Shown here: positions 14,045 through 25,210 of the stretch, piece after piece
Layout of the letters: each line of letters opens with the position of its first letter
Position numbering within the stretch: the first letter of the stretch is position 1
NCBI RefSeq assembly: GCF_000195955.2
Contig: NC_000962.3
Span: forward strand, 4,020,001 to 4,052,000
Direction of reading: 5' to 3'
DNA length: 32,000 bases
Origin: Mycobacterium tuberculosis H37Rv
Lineage (GTDB): Bacteria; Actinomycetota; Actinomycetes; Mycobacteriales; Mycobacteriaceae
Position numbers and translations under genes: made by a program
The notes under the pieces: generated by a model
What the model was told of the DNA's origin: nothing
Databases searched by the model: none
Seen by the model: the letters and a program-made list of their open reading frames with translations, nothing else

Positions 14045-14051
14045 TAGCCTA
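14045..14051. promoter_or_regulatory. Overlapping divergent -10 hexamers TAGCCT (+) / TAGGCT (-)
   Basis: TAGCCTA at 14045-14051; on + strand it is 6 nt before the mhuD ATG (leaderless spacing); the reverse complement of 14046-14051 is TAGGCT facing the hydrolase gene. Confidence 0.45.
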
Positions 14052-14056
14052 GCGGC

Positions 14057-14374
14057 ATGCCAGTGGTGAAGATCAACGCAATCGAGGTGCCCGCCGGCGC
14101 TGGCCCCGAGCTGGAGAAGCGGTTCGCTCACCGCGCGCACGCGGTCGAGAACTCCCCGGGTTTCCTCGGCTTTCAGCTGTTACGTCCGGTCAAGGGTGAA
14201 GAACGCTACTTCGTGGTGACACACTGGGAGTCCGATGAAGCATTCCAGGCGTGGGCAAACGGGCCCGCCATCGCAGCCCATGCCGGACACCGGGCCAACC
14301 CCGTGGCGACCGGTGCTTCGCTGCTGGAATTCGAGGTCGTGCTTGACGTCGGTGGGACCGGCAAGACTGCATAA
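14057..14374 (+). CDS. mhuD: Heme-degrading monooxygenase MhuD
   Basis: 105 aa; MPVVKINAIEVPAGAGPELEKRFAHRAHAVENSPGFLGFQLLRP... with ABM-type (IsdG-like) fold residues. Confidence 0.93.
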   Translation: MPVVKINAIEVPAGAGPELEKRFAHRAHAVENSPGFLGFQLLRPVKGEERYFVVTHWESDEAFQAWANGPAIAAHAGHRANPVATGASLLEFEVVLDVGGTGKTA

Positions 14375-15710
14375 CCGGCGCGCGGGGCGCCGGATGCTGG
14401 CGTTAAGCGCCGCGGCGGCATTGATTGTGGCGCTGGCGTCGGGTTGCTCCTCAGCTCCGACGCCGTCCGCGAACGCGGCAAATCACGGGCACCGGATCGA
14501 CACCAGAACTCCGCCTGGTCTGCGGGCGCAACAGACCATGGACATGCTCAACTCGGACTGGCCGATCGGCGAGATCGGCGTTGGCACTCTCGCCGCGCCC
14601 GGGCAGGTCGACACGGTCAAGACCACCATGGAAGCGCTCTGGTGGGATCGCCCGTTCGCGCTGGCCGGCGTCGATATCGGCGCCAGTGTGGCCGCGTTGC
14701 ACCTCATCTCCTCTTACGGCGCGCAACAAGACATCCGCATTCATACCGACGACGACGGCTGGGTTGACCGATTCGACGTCGAAACGCAGGCGCCGTCGAT
14801 CGCTTCGTGGCGCGACGTCGACGCGGCGCTGAGCAAGACCGGCGCCCGCTACTCATTTCAGGTGGCAAAGGTCGACAACGGTCGCTGCGACCCGGTGGCG
14901 GGCACCAACACCGGCGAATCCCTGCCGCTGGCATCGATCTTCAAGTTGTACGTGTTACATGCGCTGGCCGGTGCGGTCCAGCACAACACGGTGTCCTGGG
15001 ATGATCTGCTGACGGTCACCGCCAAAAGCAAAGCCGTGGGCTCTTCCGGCCTGGAACTGCCTGTGGGGGCACGTGTTTCGGTTCGCACAGCCGCCGAGAA
15101 GATGATCGCCACCAGTGACAACATGGCCACCGACTTGCTGATCGAAAGGCTGGGCACCCGCGCCATCGAGGAAGCGCTGGCCAGCGCCGGCCATCACGAT
15201 CCGGCCAGCATGACCCCCTTCCCCACGATGTACGAGCTGTTCTCCGTCGGCTGGGGCAAGCCAGATCTGCGTGACCAGTGGAAGCATGCGACCCAACAGG
15301 TCCGTGCCCAGATACTGCGGCAAACCAATTCCACGCCCTACCAACCCGACCCAACGCGCGCTCACACTCCGGCGTCAAACTACGGTGCGGAATGGTACGG
15401 CAGCGCCGAAGATATCTGCCGTGTGCACGCGGCACTGCGAGCCGACGCGGTCGGCCCGGCCTCGCCCGTCCGACAGATCATGTCCGCCGTCCCGGGTATC
15501 CAGCTGGACCGCAGCGTGTGGCCCTATATCGGCGCGAAAGCAGGTGGCCTGCCAGGCGATCTGACGTTCAGCTGGTACGCCGTCGACAAGACCGGCCAAC
15601 CATGGGTGGTGAGCTTTCAGCTGAACTGGCCCCGCGATCACGGACCGACGGTGACCGGCTGGATGCTGCAGGTCGCCAGGCAAGTCTTTGCGTTGATAGC
15701 GCCACAATAG
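14352..15710 (+). CDS. lpqF: Lipoprotein with class A beta-lactamase-like domain (LpqF)
   Basis: GTG 14352 gives 452 aa; lipobox LIVALASGC; SIFK (SxxK), SDN and KAG motifs; overlaps the mhuD 3' end by 23 nt. Confidence 0.85.
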   Translation: MGPARLHNRRAGRRMLALSAAAALIVALASGCSSAPTPSANAANHGHRIDTRTPPGLRAQQTMDMLNSDWPIGEIGVGTLAAPGQVDTVKTTMEALWWDRPFALAGVDIGASVAALHLISSYGAQQDIRIHTDDDGWVDRFDVETQAPSIASWRDVDAALSKTGARYSFQVAKVDNGRCDPVAGTNTGESLPLASIFKLYVLHALAGAVQHNTVSWDDLLTVTAKSKAVGSSGLELPVGARVSVRTAAEKMIATSDNMATDLLIERLGTRAIEEALASAGHHDPASMTPFPTMYELFSVGWGKPDLRDQWKHATQQVRAQILRQTNSTPYQPDPTRAHTPASNYGAEWYGSAEDICRVHAALRADAVGPASPVRQIMSAVPGIQLDRSVWPYIGAKAGGLPGDLTFSWYAVDKTGQPWVVSFQLNWPRDHGPTVTGWMLQVARQVFALIAPQ

Positions 15711-15856
15711 ATCGCTACAGCCCAGGCATCCGGAGGTATCCGCGGCTCGCTTCCGTAACGACCGGCCGGTCGTGCTCGACGTGAACAACGAGACACTTCC
15801 CGCGCCGGTGCGTTCGACGGCCGATTCGCTCCGGCTCACCGATAGGAGGCGCCACC

Positions 15857-16684
15857 GTGGGATGGATCGGCGATCCGATTTGGCTCGAGGAGGTGCTACG
15901 GCCGGCACTCGGCGAGCGCCTGCGGGTGCTCGACGGCTGGCGGGAACGCGGACACGGCGACTTTCGCGATATCCGCGGTGTGATGTGGCACCACACCGGC
16001 AACTCACGTGAGACCGCCAAAAGCATTGCCCGCGGCCGGCCCGACTTACCCGGCCCGCTGGCCAATCTGCACATCGCGCACAGCGGGGTCGTAACGATCG
16101 TCGCGGTAGGCGTGTGCTGGCACGCCGGCCGCGGCAGCTACCCGTGGCTGCCAACCGACAACGCCAACTGGCACATGATTGGCGTCGAGTGCGCGTGGCC
16201 GACCATCCGGCGTGACGGCTCCTACGACGCCGGTGAGCGCTGGCCTGACGCGCAGATCGTGAGCATGCGAGACGTCGCCGCGGCGCTCACGCTCAAGCTC
16301 GGCTACGGGCCCGAACGCAATATTGGGCACAAAGAGTATGCCGGGGCGGCTCAAGGCAAATGGGACCCGGGAAACCTGTCGATGGACTGGTTTCGCGCCG
16401 AGGTGGCAAAGGACACGCGGGGCGAGTTCGACCACCCCCTCACCCCGCCGCCGGCGGTGATTGCCCGCCCACCGATTCTGCCCAAGCCGCGCAACCCGCG
16501 TGACGATCGCATCCTGCTCGAGGAGGTGTGGGACCAGCTACGCGGCATCGAGGGCCGCGGCTGGCCGGTACTCGGCGACAAGACGATCGTCGACTACCTA
16601 GCCGAGCTCGGCAATAAGGTCGACGCCCTGGCCGCAAAACTCGACGCGCGCGAGGGCCTCGACCGGCCCAGTGACACTCGGTAG
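15857..16684 (+). CDS. N-acetylmuramoyl-L-alanine amidase-like protein resembling mycobacteriophage LysA endolysin (Rv3594-like)
   Basis: 275 aa, GTG start; VMWHHTGNSRETAKSIARGRPDLPG, VCWHAGRGSY, HMIGVECAW, NIGHKEYAGAAQGKWDPG motifs; AGGAGG 7 nt upstream of the start. Confidence 0.82.
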   Translation: MGWIGDPIWLEEVLRPALGERLRVLDGWRERGHGDFRDIRGVMWHHTGNSRETAKSIARGRPDLPGPLANLHIAHSGVVTIVAVGVCWHAGRGSYPWLPTDNANWHMIGVECAWPTIRRDGSYDAGERWPDAQIVSMRDVAAALTLKLGYGPERNIGHKEYAGAAQGKWDPGNLSMDWFRAEVAKDTRGEFDHPLTPPPAVIARPPILPKPRNPRDDRILLEEVWDQLRGIEGRGWPVLGDKTIVDYLAELGNKVDALAAKLDAREGLDRPSDTR

Positions 16685-16730
16685 CTGCTCCAGCAGGCGG
16701 CGGGGTGCTGACGGACCCGCTGCAACGATG

Positions 16731-17640
16731 TCAACCGGGCTGGCCCGGCTGGCCGGGCTGGCCGGGTGCACCTTCAGGGCCGAACTGGCCGAGGTTGCCG
16801 TCGCCGCCACGGCCCGCAGGCCCAACGCCCGGGGAGCCGGCCACACCGGGCTCACCACCGCCCCCGCCATTACCCCCGCTACCGGCGGCACCGCCCAGCC
16901 CGGAGCTACCGGAGACGCCGAACAGGCCGCCCGCGCCGCCCGCGCCGCCCGCGCCGCCGTCTCCGCCGGCGCCGCCGTCACCGCCGATCCCGCCGTTACC
17001 CCCGTCACCAGCGTCACCCCCAACGCCTGGTTGCCCGGCGCCGCCCATTCCGCCCTGACCGCCGGTGCCGCCCCGGGCGCCGATGCCGCCTTCGCCCCCT
17101 GTGCCCCCGATGCCACCTGCGCCGCCGTCGCCGACCAGGAGCCCACCCCGACCGCCAGAGCCGCCGGCCCCGCCGGTCCCCCCGGTGCCGCCGGTCCCGC
17201 CGGTCCCGCCAACGGACAGGCCAGTACCGCCAGTGCCACCGGTGCCACCGGTTTGCCCGAACTCGGTGCCTGGCTGGCCGGGTCCGCCCGGTTCACCGTT
17301 GTTACCCATGCTGCCCTGGCCCGCCGGGACGGTCAGGGGGTTGACCCCGGCGGCACCCGCCGCGCCGGCCGCGCCGAGCCCCCCGGCCCCACCGTTGCCG
17401 AATAGCCACGCGTTGCCGCCGGCACCACCGGCGCCGCCGTTGCCGCCGGGGATAGTCGCCGCCCCGCCGTTGCCGCCCGCGCCGCCGTTGCCGTACAGCA
17501 GCCCGCCTTGTCCGCCGGACCCGCCGGCCGCACCGGCTCCGCCGGCACCACCGGATCCGCCGTTGCCGATCAACCCGGCCGCCCCGCCGCTGCCGCCGGC
17601 AATCCCCGCGTTCACCCCGGCCGCGCCATTACCGCCATTG
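16731..17640 (-). repeat. PGRS low-complexity repeat region of PE_PGRS59 (boundaries approximate)
   Basis: Imperfect GGxGGx-coding repeats on minus strand. Confidence 0.78.
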
Positions 17641-18050
17641 CCATACAGCAGCCCGCCCGCCCCGCCGTTTTGCCCGGGCGCCGTCCCGTCGGCACCATCA
17701 CCGATCAACGGACGTCCCAACAGTGCCTGGGTGGGCGCATTGATCGCGTTCAGCAAACTCTGCTGAACGTTGGCGGCCTCGGCGTTGGCATACGCCCCCG
17801 CACCCGCACTCAAGGTCTGCACGAACTGGGCATGAAACGTCGCCGCCTGCGCGCTGATCGTCTGATACGCCTGGGCGTGCGCGCCGAAGAGCGCCGCAAT
17901 CGCCGCCGATACGTCATCTGCGCCCGCGGCCAGCACGCCGGTGGTCGGGATGCTGGCAGCCGCGTTAGCCGCGCTGATCGTCGAACCGAGATTGGCCAAA
18001 TCCGTGGCCGCCGCCGACAGGAACTCCGGAACGGCAATCACAAACGACAT
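16731..18050 (-). CDS. PE_PGRS59: PE-PGRS family protein
   Basis: 439 aa; PE domain [33 protein letters not shown]..., Gly-rich PGRS repeats, ends [13 protein letters not shown]; GGAGG Shine-Dalgarno. Confidence 0.92.
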   Translation of the reverse strand: MSFVIAVPEFLSAAATDLANLGSTISAANAAASIPTTGVLAAGADDVSAAIAALFGAHAQAYQTISAQAATFHAQFVQTLSAGAGAYANAEAANVQQSLLNAINAPTQALLGRPLIGDGADGTAPGQNGGAGGLLYGNGGNGAAGVNAGIAGGSGGAAGLIGNGGSGGAGGAGAAGGSGGQGGLLYGNGGAGGNGGAATIPGGNGGAGGAGGNAWLFGNGGAGGLGAAGAAGAAGVNPLTVPAGQGSMGNNGEPGGPGQPGTEFGQTGGTGGTGGTGLSVGGTGGTGGTGGTGGAGGSGGRGGLLVGDGGAGGIGGTGGEGGIGARGGTGGQGGMGGAGQPGVGGDAGDGGNGGIGGDGGAGGDGGAGGAGGAGGLFGVSGSSGLGGAAGSGGNGGGGGEPGVAGSPGVGPAGRGGDGNLGQFGPEGAPGQPGQPGQPG

Positions 18051-18157
18051 TGGCCACCTCCGAACAGCTTCCGGACAAACCGACGTCAGCAGAGTCTATT
18101 GTCACAGCGGATCGGCGGTCGCGGTTTTCGCCTAATACGGCCGATGGACCTAGACCG

Positions 18158-20704
<2,547 letters not shown>

Positions 20705-20912
20705 CGGTGGCTACCTGCTCTCCCTCACCATCGGATACAGCGGTCGACACCGCGTACCTGCCGTCCACTGTAATGGTCGGCCTGCCAGGGTTCCTAACCT
20801 TGCGGTGCCTGGTCGGTTCCGGGGCGCAGCGCCCCAAGTCGCCGTTGAACAGAACCGCATAGGAGATAAACGAGAAAACCACCCAAGCGTTTCCGGCGCC
20901 GAGCGGCCATCG

Positions 20913-20929
20913 GTTCGCCGCCAGCGAAC
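20913..20929. promoter_or_regulatory. Dyad GTTCGC-N5-GCGAAC upstream of clpC1 (ClgR-type candidate)
   Basis: GTTCGCCGCCAGCGAAC has perfect 6-bp arms with 5-nt spacer; core CGC-N5-GCG resembles the actinobacterial ClgR operator; about 210 nt upstream of the clpC1 start. Confidence 0.45.
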
Positions 20930-20940
20930 GCGGCAAAGTA

Positions 20941-20970
20941 CCGGCGCCCAGGCTTTCGCCTGGGCGCCGG
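20941..20970 (-). terminator. Strong stem-loop 10 nt downstream of lsr2
   Basis: CCGGCGCCCAGGC-TTTC-GCCTGGGCGCCGG: 13-bp perfect stem and 4-nt loop; lsr2 stop at 20981-20983. Confidence 0.75.
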
Positions 20971-20980
20971 TAGCCAAATG

Positions 20981-21319
20981 TCAGGTCGCCGCGTGGTATG
21001 CGTCGATGACGTCGGCCGGGATCCGGCCTCGCGTCGACACATTGTGCCCGTTACGACGAGCCCATTCGCGGATCGCCGCGCTCTGCTCGCGGTCGATCGC
21101 GCCACGTCCACGGCCGGATCCGGAACGGCCGCGCCGGCGCCCACCGACGCGACGGCCCGCCGCCACCCATTGCTTCAGGTCGCCACGCAGTTTCGTGGCA
21201 TTCTTAGTGGAAAGGTCGATCTCATAGGTCACCCCGTCAAGCCCGAATTCGACCGTTTCGTCGGCGGCGCCCGAACCGTCGAAATCGTCGACCAAGGTGA
21301 CGGTTACTTTCTTCGCCAT
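20981..21319 (-). CDS. lsr2: Lsr2 nucleoid-associated H-NS-like protein
   Basis: 112 aa; [17 protein letters not shown]..., C-terminal [30 protein letters not shown] (RGR AT-hook-like motif). Confidence 0.98.
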
Positions 21320-21422
21320 TGGCTTACCCTCGCGTTTCTTCCTGTGCAGTACGGATAGACTCCCCGGTCACCAATCTGCCATAAGAACGCAGAATACTCA
21401 ATCCAGACACAACACCCACAGT

Positions 21423-22940
21423 TCAGTTGGAGTGTGGTCGAACAATCGGGAACAAAACTGTCTCCCTAATTGACAACCCAGTCAAAGACATCAACAACCG
21501 ATCGATACCCATTCCGGTTCCGGTGCACGGTGGCATGCCGTACTCCAGAGCGGCCAGAAAATCCTCGTCAAGCACCATCGCTTCGTCATCGCCAGCGGCC
21601 GCGGCACGGGCCTGGTCGGCGAATCTCTCCCGCTGGACTACCGGGTCGCTTAATTCCGAGTAGCCGGTGGCAAGTTCGATTCCGCGCAGATAGAGGTCCC
21701 ACTTCTCGGTTACGCCGGGGATACTGCGGTGCTGACGGGTCAAAGGCGTTGTCTGAACCGGAAAATCCTTGACAAATGTGGGTGCGCTCAAGCTCTTGCC
21801 CACTGTGCGCTCCCAGAGTTCCTCGATGAGTTTGCCGTGGCCGAAGCCACGGTTGTCATGAATCGCTGGGTCTTTCTCCAGGCCAAGGCTATCGGCGATC
21901 CCACGTAAGCGATCGACCGTCGTCTGCGGTGTGATCTCTTCACCGAGCGCCACAGACAGCGACGGGTACATTTGTATAGTCGCCCATTCTCCGTCGATGT
22001 CATAGACACTGCCGTCGGGCAACGGCAGTTGTCTGGTTCCGATCGCCTCATCGGCCACCTCTTGAATAAGCTCCCGGGTGACGACTGCCGAATCGTCATA
22101 GGTTCCGTAGGTCTGGTAGGTCTCCAGCATGGAGAATTCCGGAGAATGCGTGGAATCGGCTCCTTCGTTTCGGAACACTCGATTAAGTTCGAAGACCTTG
22201 TCGAAACCACCCACGATGCAGCGCTTGAGGAACAGTTCCGGCGCGATCCGCAGGTACAGATCGATGTCTAGGGCATTGGAATGAGTGGCGAACGGACGGG
22301 CCGCCGCACCACCGGCTAACGTCTGCAAGACGGGCGTCTCGACTTCCAGGAACCCACGACGTTGAAGCGCCGTCCGGATCGCGCGGACGACGGCGATCCG
22401 TAGTCGAGCCACCGCGCGCGCTTCCGGTCGAACTATGAGGTCAACATAGCGCTGACGAACCCGCGACTCTTCACTCATCTCTTTGTGCGCGACGGGAAGC
22501 GGCCGCAGCGACTTGGCGGCGATCCGCCAGCAATCCGCCAGGACGGACAGCTCGCCGCGGCGCGAACTGATCACCGCGCCATGCACGTAGACGATGTCGC
22601 CCAGGTCGACATCGGCTTTCCATGCGTCGAGAGCAGCCTGGCCGACCTTGTCGAGGCTGATCATCACTTGCAGCTGGGTACCATCGCCGTCCTGAAGTGT
22701 CGCAAAGCATAGCTTTCCCGAGTTGCGCGCAAAGATCACTCGGCCCGCGACGCCGACGATGTCTTCGGTCGCGGTATCGATCGGCAAGTCAGGGTGGGCG
22801 GCGCGAACCTCGGCCAACGTGTGAGTGCGCGGCACCGCGACGGGATAGGGATCGCGCCCCTGGGCCAGCAAGCGAGCGCGCTTGTCCCGGCGAATCCGGA
22901 ACTGCTCAGGAAGGTCTTCTGCTGTGTCAGCGGCACTCAC
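21423..22940 (-). CDS. lysS1: Lysyl-tRNA synthetase (class II)
   Basis: 505 aa; GTG start; class II motifs including FETPVLQ..., HNRGFGHGK-type region, [27 protein letters not shown]. Confidence 0.95.
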
Positions 22941-22954
22941 GACGTGCCAGCTTA
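22937..22954 (-). promoter_or_regulatory. 18-bp element TAAGCTGGCACGTCGTGA over the lysS1 start (copy 2)
   Basis: Exact 18-mer shared with 3800-3817; contains the lysS1 GTG start and the TAA stop of the 27-aa ORF. Confidence 0.6.
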
Positions 22955-23035
22955 AATGACCTCACGCCGACGCTCGTGGGTGGCGTCGAGCCTGTCGGCG
23001 GCGGGCGACCCGGTACCCAGACTCGATGCCGGCAT
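22952..23035 (-). CDS. 27-aa micro-ORF (Rv3599c-like), [27 protein letters not shown]
   Basis: ATG 23033-23035 to TAA 22952-22954; 5 nt after the coaX stop and 11 nt before the lysS1 start. Coding status is not demonstrable from sequence alone. Confidence 0.45.
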   Translation of the reverse strand: MPASSLGTGSPAADRLDATHERRREVI

Positions 23036-23040
23036 CGACG

Positions 23041-23859
23041 TCAGCGCGCCGTCTTGAGCCGGCCGCGCTGGACTTCGAGGTTACGCTCGAACACCAGCCG
23101 CAGACCCTGCAAGGTCAGGTGCTGGTCGTAATGGTCGACGGTGTGCAATTCCGGCAGCAGCAGGGGCGCGGTATGCCCGGTAGCCACGATCGCGACATCG
23201 TGGTCGACGGAGAAACCGGACACGTCCTCGCGGATGCGGCCTACCAACCCGTCTACCAGCCCGGCGAAGCCGAACACCGCACCGGCTTGCATGCATTCGA
23301 CGGTGTTCTTGCCAACCACCGAACGTGGGCGGGCAAGTTCAACGCGGCGCAATGCCGCCGAGCGGGCCGCCGCGGCATCGGAAGACACCTGCACCCCGGG
23401 CGCGATGGCGCCGCCAAGAAATTCACCCTTGGCCGATACAACATCAACACAGATCGAGGATCCAAAGTCAACGACGATGGCGGCCTTCCGGAACCGGTCA
23501 TAGGCGGCCAAACAGTTCACGATGCGGTCTGCGCCCACTTCCTTCGGGTTGTCGACGAGCAAAGGGATCCCGGTGCGTACTCCGGGCTCGATCAGCACGT
23601 GCGGCACCGACGGCCAGTACTGGTCGAGCATTATCCGCACCTCGTGCAGCACGGACGGGACCGTGGACAAGGCGGCGGTACCGGTGAGCCGCTCGGAATC
23701 CTCGCCGATCAGCCCGTCGATCGTCAGTGCCAGTTCGTCGGCGGTGACTTCGGATTCGGTGCGTATCCGCCACTGCTGCACGACCTTTGCGTGCTCTTTC
23801 ATTCCGGACAGCAGGCCCACAACGGTGTGGGTGTTGCGGACGTCAATCGCCAGCAGCAC
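23041..23859 (-). CDS. coaX: Type III pantothenate kinase-like protein CoaX
   Basis: GTG 23859 gives 272 aa [19 protein letters not shown]...; [13 protein letters not shown] and [22 protein letters not shown] motifs. The 501-aa track ORF is an artefactual upstream extension. Confidence 0.9.
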
Positions 23860-23861
23860 GG

Positions 23862-24281
23862 CTATCCCACACCGAGCCGGGGGTCTAGCAGCTCGCCCGC
23901 GTTTTCGGGCACAAATGCCGGATCGTGGCCCATGTCGATCGGTTTGTTGTAAGCGTCGACAAACACGATCCGCGGCTGGTATGTGCGGGCCCGGGCGTCG
24001 TCCATCGTCGCGTACGCAATCAGAATCACCAGATCCCCCGGATGCACCAAGTGCGCGGCGGCACCGTTGATGCCAATCACACCACTGCCGCGTTCGCCGG
24101 TGATCGCGTAGGTGACCAGTCGAGCACCGTTGTCGATATCGACGATGGTTACCTGTTCGCCTTCCAGCAGGTCGGCGGCGTCCATCAAGTCGGCATCGAT
24201 GGTCACCGAGCCGACGTAGTGCAGGTCGGCGCAGGTCACCGTGGCGCGGTGGATCTTCGACTTCAGCATCGTCCGTAACAT
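23862..24281 (-). CDS. panD: Aspartate 1-decarboxylase
   Basis: 139 aa from [29 protein letters not shown]; pyruvoyl GS cleavage site (HYVGS). Confidence 0.96.
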   Translation of the reverse strand: MLRTMLKSKIHRATVTCADLHYVGSVTIDADLMDAADLLEGEQVTIVDIDNGARLVTYAITGERGSGVIGINGAAAHLVHPGDLVILIAYATMDDARARTYQPRIVFVDAYNKPIDMGHDPAFVPENAGELLDPRLGVG

Positions 24282-25210
24282 CAGTTTCTCCAATGTGATT
24301 CGAGGATTGCCCGGTATCCGTCCGGGCGGTCGGTGCCGGCGAAAGTTCCGATTTCAATCGCAATGTTGTCCAGCAGCCTGGTGGTGCCAAGCCGGGCAGC
24401 AACCAGCAGCCGACCGGAACCGTTGAGCGGCATCGGGCCAAGCCCGATATCGCGCAGCTCCAGGTAGTCGACCGCCACGCCGGGTGCAGCGTCGAGCACC
24501 GCACGGGCGGCATCCAGCGCGGCCTGCGCGCCAGCCGTTGCCGCATGCGCTGCGGCCGTTAGCGCCGCCGAGAGCGCGACGGCCGCCGCACGCTGGGCCG
24601 GGTCCAGGTAGCGGTTGCGCGACGACATCGCCAGCCCGTCGGCTTCGCGCACGGTCGGCACGCCGACCACCGCGACATCGAGGTTGAAGTCCGCGACCAG
24701 CTGCCGGATCAGCACCAGCTGCTGGTAGTCCTTCTCACCGAAGAACACCCGATCCGGGCGCACGATCTGCAGCAGCTTTAGCACGACCGTCAGCACGCCG
24801 GCGAAATGGGTTGGCCGCGGGCCGCCCTCGAGTTCGGCGGCCAACGGACCGGGTTGCACGGTGGTGCGCAGGCCGTCGGGATACATCGCCGCGGTAGTTG
24901 GCGTGAAAGCGATTTCCACGCCTTCGGCCCGCAGTTGCGCCAGGTCGTCGTCCGGGGTGCGGGGATAGGCGTCGAGATCTTCCCCGGCACCGAATTGCAT
25001 CGGGTTGACGAAGATCGACACGACGACGACCGATCCGGGCACCCGCTTGGCCGCACGCACCAACGCGAGGTGGCCTTCGTGCAGCGCACCCATAGTAGGC
25101 ACCAACATCACTCGCCGGCCGGTGAGTCGCAGTGCGCGACTGACATCGGCGACATCCCCCGGTGCCGAGTACACATTGAGTTCACCGGGATGGAACGCAG
25201 GAATCGTCAT
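24281..25210 (-). CDS. panC: Pantoate-beta-alanine ligase (pantothenate synthetase)
   Basis: ATG 25210 gives 309 aa; [16 protein letters not shown] (HxGH), [25 protein letters not shown]. Confidence 0.96.
   Translation of the reverse strand: MTIPAFHPGELNVYSAPGDVADVSRALRLTGRRVMLVPTMGALHEGHLALVRAAKRVPGSVVVVSIFVNPMQFGAGEDLDAYPRTPDDDLAQLRAEGVEIAFTPTTAAMYPDGLRTTVQPGPLAAELEGGPRPTHFAGVLTVVLKLLQIVRPDRVFFGEKDYQQLVLIRQLVADFNLDVAVVGVPTVREADGLAMSSRNRYLDPAQRAAAVALSAALTAAAHAATAGAQAALDAARAVLDAAPGVAVDYLELRDIGLGPMPLNGSGRLLVAARLGTTRLLDNIAIEIGTFAGTDRPDGYRAILESHWRN

Noticed and set aside
15271-16154. Minus-strand 259-aa ORF (and 15016-15435, 14955-15365) opposite lpqF/amidase
   Set aside because: Overlaps well-supported plus-strand genes and has the Arg/Ser-rich look of high-GC antisense frames.
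15711-16730. Prophage island around the endolysin-like gene
   Set aside because: Only one phage-like gene; no integrase, att-like tRNA repeat, holin or structural gene nearby, so only a single domesticated gene can be argued.
16671-17766. Plus-strand ORFs (244, 192, 233 aa) opposite PE_PGRS59
   Set aside because: Same compositional artefact: low-complexity A/P/G/R products mirroring the minus-strand PGRS.
23860-24546. N-terminal extension of the 501-aa ORF containing coaX
   Set aside because: Overlaps panD and part of panC in another frame; the CoaX domain starts exactly at GTG 23859.
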